In this document: one piece after another, positions 27,275 through 32,000 of the stretch
How the letters are laid out: each line of letters begins with the position of its first letter
Numbering within the stretch: the first letter of the stretch is position 1
Origin: Candidatus Saccharimonadota bacterium
GTDB taxonomy: Bacteria > Pseudomonadota > Alphaproteobacteria > CAJXXZ01 > 1604HC
Length of the DNA stretch: 32,000 nt
Direction of reading: 5' to 3'
Assembly (NCBI RefSeq): GCF_008189525.1
Contig: NZ_CP043314.1
Location: 30,001-62,000 of the forward strand
Notes under the pieces: generated by a model
Databases searched by the model: none
Seen by the model: only the letters and a program-made list of their open reading frames with translations
What the model was told of the DNA's origin: nothing
Position numbers and translations under genes: made by a program

Positions 27275-29068
27275 GTGTTTAAGAATAAAAATCTAATACT
27301 AACTTTTATAATATTTTTTCTAAGTCTAGGTATAGTTAATCTCTATCTTTCTAATGGAGAGCAGGAAAGGAAAAACATCCCCTTTTCAGATTTCGTACAA
27401 GATACATCTAAAGGTGAAGTATCTCATGTCTTAATAAAAGGATTCGAGGTAAATGGATCTTATAAAAATGGAAGTAAATTCTCTACAATGGTTCCTTATC
27501 AGGACAACATGCTTATTAAAAGATTGATGGAGAACAAAGTGCATATAAGTGTTTCTTATTCAAATCAAAGTACAGCTGGATCTATTGTGTCTCTAATTCT
27601 ATCAGCAGCTCCATCTGTTCTGATATTAATATTGATAGTTTATTCATTAAGGCAAATTCAAAGCGGATCTGGCAAAGCTATGAAGTTTGGAAAATCTAAT
27701 GCTAGGCTTATAGATCAAAAAAATAACGGAAAAGTGACTTTTAAAGATGTTTCTGGGTTAGAAGAAGCAAAAAGAGATTTAGCAGAAATAGTGGATTTCT
27801 TAAAGAACCCTAAAAAATATGAAGAATTAGGAAGCGTAATACCTAAAGGTGTTTTGTTGTATGGAATGCCAGGAACTGGTAAGACTCTTTTAGCTAGAAG
27901 TGTAGCAGGAGAAGCTGGTGTTCCTTTCCTTTCTGCTGCTGGATCTAGTTTTATAGAAATGTTTGCAGGTGTAGGAGCTAGTAGAATGAGAGACTTGTTT
28001 GCTCAAGCCAAGAAGAATGCTCCTTGTATAATCTTTATAGATGAAATAGATACTATAGGAAAAGAAAGAGGCTCTGGTCTTGGTGGCGGATATGAAGAAA
28101 GAGAGCAGACCTTAAACGAGCTTTTAGTTGGCATGGATGGGTTTGAAAAAAATGAAGGTGTTGTGATAATAGGAGCTACAAATAGATTTGATGTTTTGGA
28201 CAAAGCACTTTTAAGACCAGGAAGGTTTGATAGAAAAATTCCTTTACATCTTCCTCTTACAAAAGAGAGAGAAGAAATCCTGAACATATACATAAAGAAA
28301 ATAAAAACTAAAGGACAAGGTATAGATGCTGAATCTTTGGCAAAAGGTACTCCTGGGTTCTCTGGTGCAGATTTAAGGAACTTAGTGAATGAAGCGTCCT
28401 TAGTGGCTGGTAGAAAAAACAAAAAGAGCGTAACAATGCAGGATTTTGAAGATGCTAAAGATAAAATAATTATGGGATCTGAGATTAAATCGTTATCCTT
28501 GTCTGAAGATGAAAGAAAATTGATAGCTTATCATGAAAGTGGACATGCTATAACTTCTATTCATAGTGAAAGTTCTGATCCTATTCACAAAGCTACAATA
28601 ATACCAAGAGGCTCTGCTTTAGGTGTTGTTGTCAGGCTTCCTGAGAGAGATGAAGTTTCAATAAGAAAAAGTAAATTACTAGATGACTTAGTGGTTTCTA
28701 TGGGTGGTAGAGTTGCTGAAGAATTGATTTTTGGTCCTGAAAATATAACAACTGGAGCTTATTCTGATATTCAGTTTGCAACTAAGATAGCTAGAAGCAT
28801 GGTTACAAAATGGGGAATGGGGAAAAGCGGAAGAGTTAATTACGAAATGGACCCATATTCTGGAGCAAAAGTTTCTGAAGATATGATTAAGCAAAATGAT
28901 TTAGAAGCAAGAGAGCTTATAGATTCTGCTTATGAAAGGGCGAAAAATATACTAAAGGATAATTTAGATGATTTGCATCTTTTAGCCTCTGAACTTTTGG
29001 AAAAAGAGACTTTGACTGGTAAAGAAATTTCAGATTTACTTTCTGTGAGTCAAGAACCTGTTTCTTAA
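27275..29068 (+). CDS. ftsH: ATP-dependent zinc metalloprotease FtsH
   Basis: N-terminal TM, Walker A GMPGTGKTLLA, Walker B IIFIDEID, SRH ATNRFDVLDKALLRPGRFDR, and zinc motif HESGHA. GTG start. Confidence 0.95.
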   Translation: MFKNKNLILTFIIFFLSLGIVNLYLSNGEQERKNIPFSDFVQDTSKGEVSHVLIKGFEVNGSYKNGSKFSTMVPYQDNMLIKRLMENKVHISVSYSNQSTAGSIVSLILSAAPSVLILILIVYSLRQIQSGSGKAMKFGKSNARLIDQKNNGKVTFKDVSGLEEAKRDLAEIVDFLKNPKKYEELGSVIPKGVLLYGMPGTGKTLLARSVAGEAGVPFLSAAGSSFIEMFAGVGASRMRDLFAQAKKNAPCIIFIDEIDTIGKERGSGLGGGYEEREQTLNELLVGMDGFEKNEGVVIIGATNRFDVLDKALLRPGRFDRKIPLHLPLTKEREEILNIYIKKIKTKGQGIDAESLAKGTPGFSGADLRNLVNEASLVAGRKNKKSVTMQDFEDAKDKIIMGSEIKSLSLSEDERKLIAYHESGHAITSIHSESSDPIHKATIIPRGSALGVVVRLPERDEVSIRKSKLLDDLVVSMGGRVAEELIFGPENITTGAYSDIQFATKIARSMVTKWGMGKSGRVNYEMDPYSGAKVSEDMIKQNDLEARELIDSAYERAKNILKDNLDDLHLLASELLEKETLTGKEISDLLSVSQEPVS

Positions 29069-29523
29069 AAAGATAATTATTTATGAGTTTAATTAATAGA
29101 TAATGTAAATGCCTTTTCGGGATTGGATTATTTTGGTCAAATGTTCTTGAGTCATATTCTTATCTTGTTTTTTGAATATATTCCATGTTCAATCTAGTTT
29201 TCTCGACCACTAGGAATATGGAATAACTAAATATTGATATTAGCTTTTTTATATTTAGTGATTTATAAGAATGCTAGCTGTCTTTGTTAGCATTTTACAC
29301 TACATTTCTGAATAAGAGTGACTTTACTCTGATATATAAAATAAAAGATTAGAGATACTAAAAATGTATTTATAAAAAGTGCTTTGGTTATAATGAGAAT
29401 ATAATGAATTGTGTTTATTATTTTGTATTATGAGAATGATTCTAGTAATTTATTATTTTTCTGAATTTGATCAGGGAGATGAGGTTGGTAGCTATCATGA
29501 GTAGAGAGTAATGCTTTAAGTTC

Positions 29524-29988
29524 TTAAAACATATTTTCTTTTGATTTCTTGTTTGGATGACCAAGCTTGTTTTTTAATGCAAGCTCTCTTCTAAAGAGAG
29601 AATATGAAGGAGATACAGATGGATATGAATCAGGCAGATTCCATTTTTTCTTATATTCCTCAAATGACATGTCAAATTTCTTCAAATAAGGACCTAAAAC
29701 CTTGACTTTTTCTCCATCTTCTAAGCAAACAAGGTGATCTTGAAATACAGATTCTCCAATAGGAACTGCAGGATTTTGTTTCTTTTTTTCTTCAAAAACT
29801 TCTTCTAATGTTTTCTTTATGTCAGAAAGGAAAGTGACTATTCTATCTGAAGATATTCCAGGATTGGCCTTTATATAAGAAGAAGTTAATTTTACTGCAT
29901 GAGTTATTAGATCAGTTTTTATATCGCTGTCTTGCAAAAGTTTTTGCTTAGATATGTCTTTCTTGTCAATATTGAACTTTAAACTCAT
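29524..29988 (-). CDS. mucR: Ros/MucR-family transcriptional regulator
   Basis: The C-terminal VCLEDGEKVKVLGPYLKKFDMSFEEYKKKWNLPDSYPSVSPSYSLFRRELA matches the Ros/MucR domain (..CLECG......H...H..MTPEEYR.KW.LP.DYPMVAP.Y). I prefer the second ATG at 29988 (MSLKF...), which is preceded by AGGAG plus a 5-nt spacer. The track start is 30003. Confidence 0.85.
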   Translation of the reverse strand: MSLKFNIDKKDISKQKLLQDSDIKTDLITHAVKLTSSYIKANPGISSDRIVTFLSDIKKTLEEVFEEKKKQNPAVPIGESVFQDHLVCLEDGEKVKVLGPYLKKFDMSFEEYKKKWNLPDSYPSVSPSYSLFRRELALKNKLGHPNKKSKENMF

Positions 29989-30131
29989 TTTTTCTCCTAA
30001 CATGGTCAGAAATTAAACATAAATAATAAATTAACACGTTGGTTTTATTTTACAGTAACAGCTCATAAAACACAAACAACTTTTGTGATGAGAATATATT
30101 AATAAATTAGAATATTTGGTAAGGTGTATAT

Positions 30132-30653
30132 GTGCATTTGTCTTTAAAAAAAGAAAACTTAGTGGGGAAATTCTTGATATCCTCCCCTTTCTTAGATGAA
30201 AAAAAATTTAAAAAAACACTGATCTTAATTACAGAGTGTGTTAATTCTAACATAATAGGTGTAGCTGTTAATAAGAAAATGTCTAAATCAGAATGTGATA
30301 AAACTTACAAAGATTATAAAATATATTATGGTGGAGATTTAAGTCCTGGAAAAGGCTTGGTTATGTATGATGAGAACATTCCGGGAGTAAATAAAGTAGA
30401 AATAATGAAAAATATATTCATTTCTAATTTAGAAGAAATGTTTTCTAAAAATATAGTTCCTAAAAGCCATATAGCAGTTATGGGGCATTTTAAGTGGAAT
30501 TACTCATCTCTTATTGAAGAGGCAAAAGAAGGAAACTGGATTCCTGTAGAAGGCTTTCCAAGTGGTGTGATAGGAATGGCAGCTCCTAGCAAGTGGTACG
30601 AAGCGTATCATTCTATAAACATTAGGCCAGAATGTTTATGCAGAACACAATAA
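30132..30653 (+). CDS. yqgE: YqgE/AlgH-family (UPF0301) protein
   Basis: Size and layout fit: GKFLISSPFLDEKKFKKTLILITE...GVAVNK...YYGGDL...GLVMYD. GTG start, with AAGGTG upstream. Confidence 0.65.
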   Translation: MHLSLKKENLVGKFLISSPFLDEKKFKKTLILITECVNSNIIGVAVNKKMSKSECDKTYKDYKIYYGGDLSPGKGLVMYDENIPGVNKVEIMKNIFISNLEEMFSKNIVPKSHIAVMGHFKWNYSSLIEEAKEGNWIPVEGFPSGVIGMAAPSKWYEAYHSINIRPECLCRTQ

Positions 30654-31345
30654 AATAATAACATTGAGGTAATTGAGATCATAATACTTTTCTGTATTTG
30701 TTTGTATTTTAAAGTTAAGTGATTCTGAGCTTTCTCTAATTCAATTCTTCTGCAATATCTTTGGGACTATATAGCATGGCAAGCATATTAACATGACAAT
30801 TTCTATATAAGACTGATCAAGGTATATAAGTGATGTGAAAAAAATAGGTAAAAGCGCGTTAAGTATTATAAAGATCAGCAATTTATTCTCCTAGATTAAA
30901 TATAAGTACAAGATAGCAGAAATATGTCCTTTGTTAAGGGTTTGTGAGCATTAGAGAGTTATCAGGAATAGATTCCATATTTCTCACTTTAAATTATTAT
31001 GTTTTATTAATGAGTATTTCTCCTATATTGTTTATACAAAAAGCTTATAAGATATTTATAAAATTTAATTGATGACAAAGATTTTTTGTTTTTATATTGA
31101 AAATGAATTTATTTGAAATTATAATTGAAATTTAAAAAATGAACAAAACCCTATAACAAAAATTTTTTTGGACGAAAATAAAATCAAGAGTTTAATTCAA
31201 CAAATCAACAAACTAGAACTAAATTTAATAAATAGACAACCAATTTAATAAATCAAACTAATATGTGAACAAAATTTTTTTACTAACCAAATTATTTAAA
31301 CTAAAATAACTCAATACACGTAACTAATTTAACAAATACATAAAG

Positions 31346-31419
31346 CACGCTCTGTAGGGTTCGAACCTACGACCTACGGCTTAGAAGGCCGTCGCTCTAT
31401 CCAGCTGAGCTAAGAGCGC
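31346..31419 (-). tRNA. tRNA-Arg (anticodon UCU)
   Basis: The reverse complement is GCGCTCTTAGCTCAGCTGGATAGAGCGACGGCCTTCTAAGCCGTAGGTCGTAGGTTCGAACCCTACAGAGCGTG. It closely resembles E. coli argU, with anticodon loop CTTCTAA. CCA is not encoded. Confidence 0.9.
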
Positions 31420-31518
31420 ACCAAACAATTCATATCATTAAGAATAATAAAAAGCAATAAGAAAAGGTAAATATAACCCAAAATTGTAAATAAATTGTAA
31501 ATTTTTTTAGAAAAAGAG

Positions 31519-31592
31519 CACGCCCAGAGGGAATTGAACCCCCGGCCTCAAAATTAGGAATCTTGCGCTCTATCCTACTGAGCTATGGGCGC
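31519..31592 (-). tRNA. tRNA-Arg (anticodon CCU)
   Basis: The reverse complement is GCGCCCATAGCTCAGTAGGATAGAGCGCAAGATTCCTAATTTTGAGGCCGGGGGTTCAATTCCCTCTGGGCGTG. The cloverleaf folds by hand, with anticodon loop TTCCTAA. Confidence 0.88.
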
Positions 31593-31869
31593 ATATAGTA
31601 ATTCAATAACATGTTGATGTTTTTATATCAATGTTTGATAATTTTTTCAGAATCACAAATAGAACAGAAATAAGCATTGTTACCTATATAAGTTCTCTGA
31701 CTAGAAGAGTTAGTTAGGTTCAAGGAATATTGATAGCTTTAATTGATTGCAGGGTTTGGTTATTTGAATTATTTACAGCTAGTCTGATGCAAAATAGAAT
31801 GCTTAACTGAATATATATTTAATTAAAGTTGGTGTTATTTTTAATGAAATAGTAATATATTCCTATTGT

Positions 31870-32000
31870 ATGTATGTATTCGAACAATTTAAAATACTTG
31901 AAATAATTCCTATTAATGTATTTGGGTATGTTATATCTTTTACTAATTCTACTTTGTTCATGGCAATCACAGCTTTGTCTTTGGGATTATTGTCATTTAT
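31870..32000 (+). CDS. atpB: F0F1 ATP synthase subunit a, N-terminal fragment (runs off the window)
   Basis: Translation from the ATG at 31870 is MYVFEQFKILEIIPINVFGYVISFTNSTLFMAITALSLGLLSF. The EQF.I.P......ISFTNS.LFM pattern is typical of the subunit a N-terminus. The frame is open to the window end, and only 43 codons are visible. Confidence 0.6.
   Translation, partial: MYVFEQFKILEIIPINVFGYVISFTNSTLFMAITALSLGLLSF

Noticed and set aside
28003-28422. 139-aa minus-strand ORF inside ftsH
   Set aside because: It is antisense to the highly conserved AAA+ domain of FtsH, so it is a shadow ORF.
29270-29296. Hairpin aatgcta/tagcatt followed by TT, ~200 bp after ftsH, as a terminator
   Set aside because: The stem is a 7-bp AT-rich stem with an 11-nt loop and a short T-run, far from the stop codon. 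That is too weak to call.
31222-31253. 12-bp direct repeat aatttaataaat, two copies
   Set aside because: Such low-complexity A/T sequence could recur by chance in this composition.
1-32000. Alternative genetic code (TGA=Trp), as seen in some reduced genomes
   Set aside because: Conserved genes translate full length with the standard table. TGA is used as a genuine stop (for example truB at 17839-17841), and no in-frame TGA interrupts any conserved domain.

Overview
Very AT-rich bacterial chromosome segment (about 70% A+T by eye). It uses the standard code: no in-frame TGA interrupts any conserved gene. Spacers are long for a small genome, and many housekeeping proteins carry N/K/S-rich low-complexity insertions. 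The content looks like a reduced, probably intracellular alphaproteobacterium. Supporting this are a Ros/MucR regulator, secG-pyrG synteny, rseP-bamA-skp-fabZ, truB-rpsO-pnp, acpP-fabF, prmC, dnaB, rplI, ftsH, yqgE, yraN-rnhA and the start of atpB. I call about 26 CDS (two partial at the window edges) and 4 tRNAs: Ser-GGA, Pro-UGG, Arg-UCU, Arg-CCU. I saw no transposase, integrase, CRISPR array or rRNA. The stand-out is a dispersed type VI secretion-like gene set. An overlapping tssL(DotU)-tssM(IcmF) pair lies at 8217-12931, just downstream of two tRNA genes. A stand-alone cysteine-rich DUF4280/PAAR-like gene at 2210-2602 sits immediately upstream of the rseP-bamA envelope cluster. No sheath, tube, baseplate, TssJ or VgrG gene is in the window. 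Other observations: a ~70-bp element in two inverted copies brackets the truB-rpsO-pnp operon; lpxD and lpxA are absent from their canonical places beside fabZ; an orphan PurC-like protein appears catalytically degenerate; the MucR homologue keeps only one of the four zinc-ligand positions; there are two short tandem-repeat arrays and an 899-bp ORF-free spacer. All family assignments come from motif recognition by eye, not database searches.
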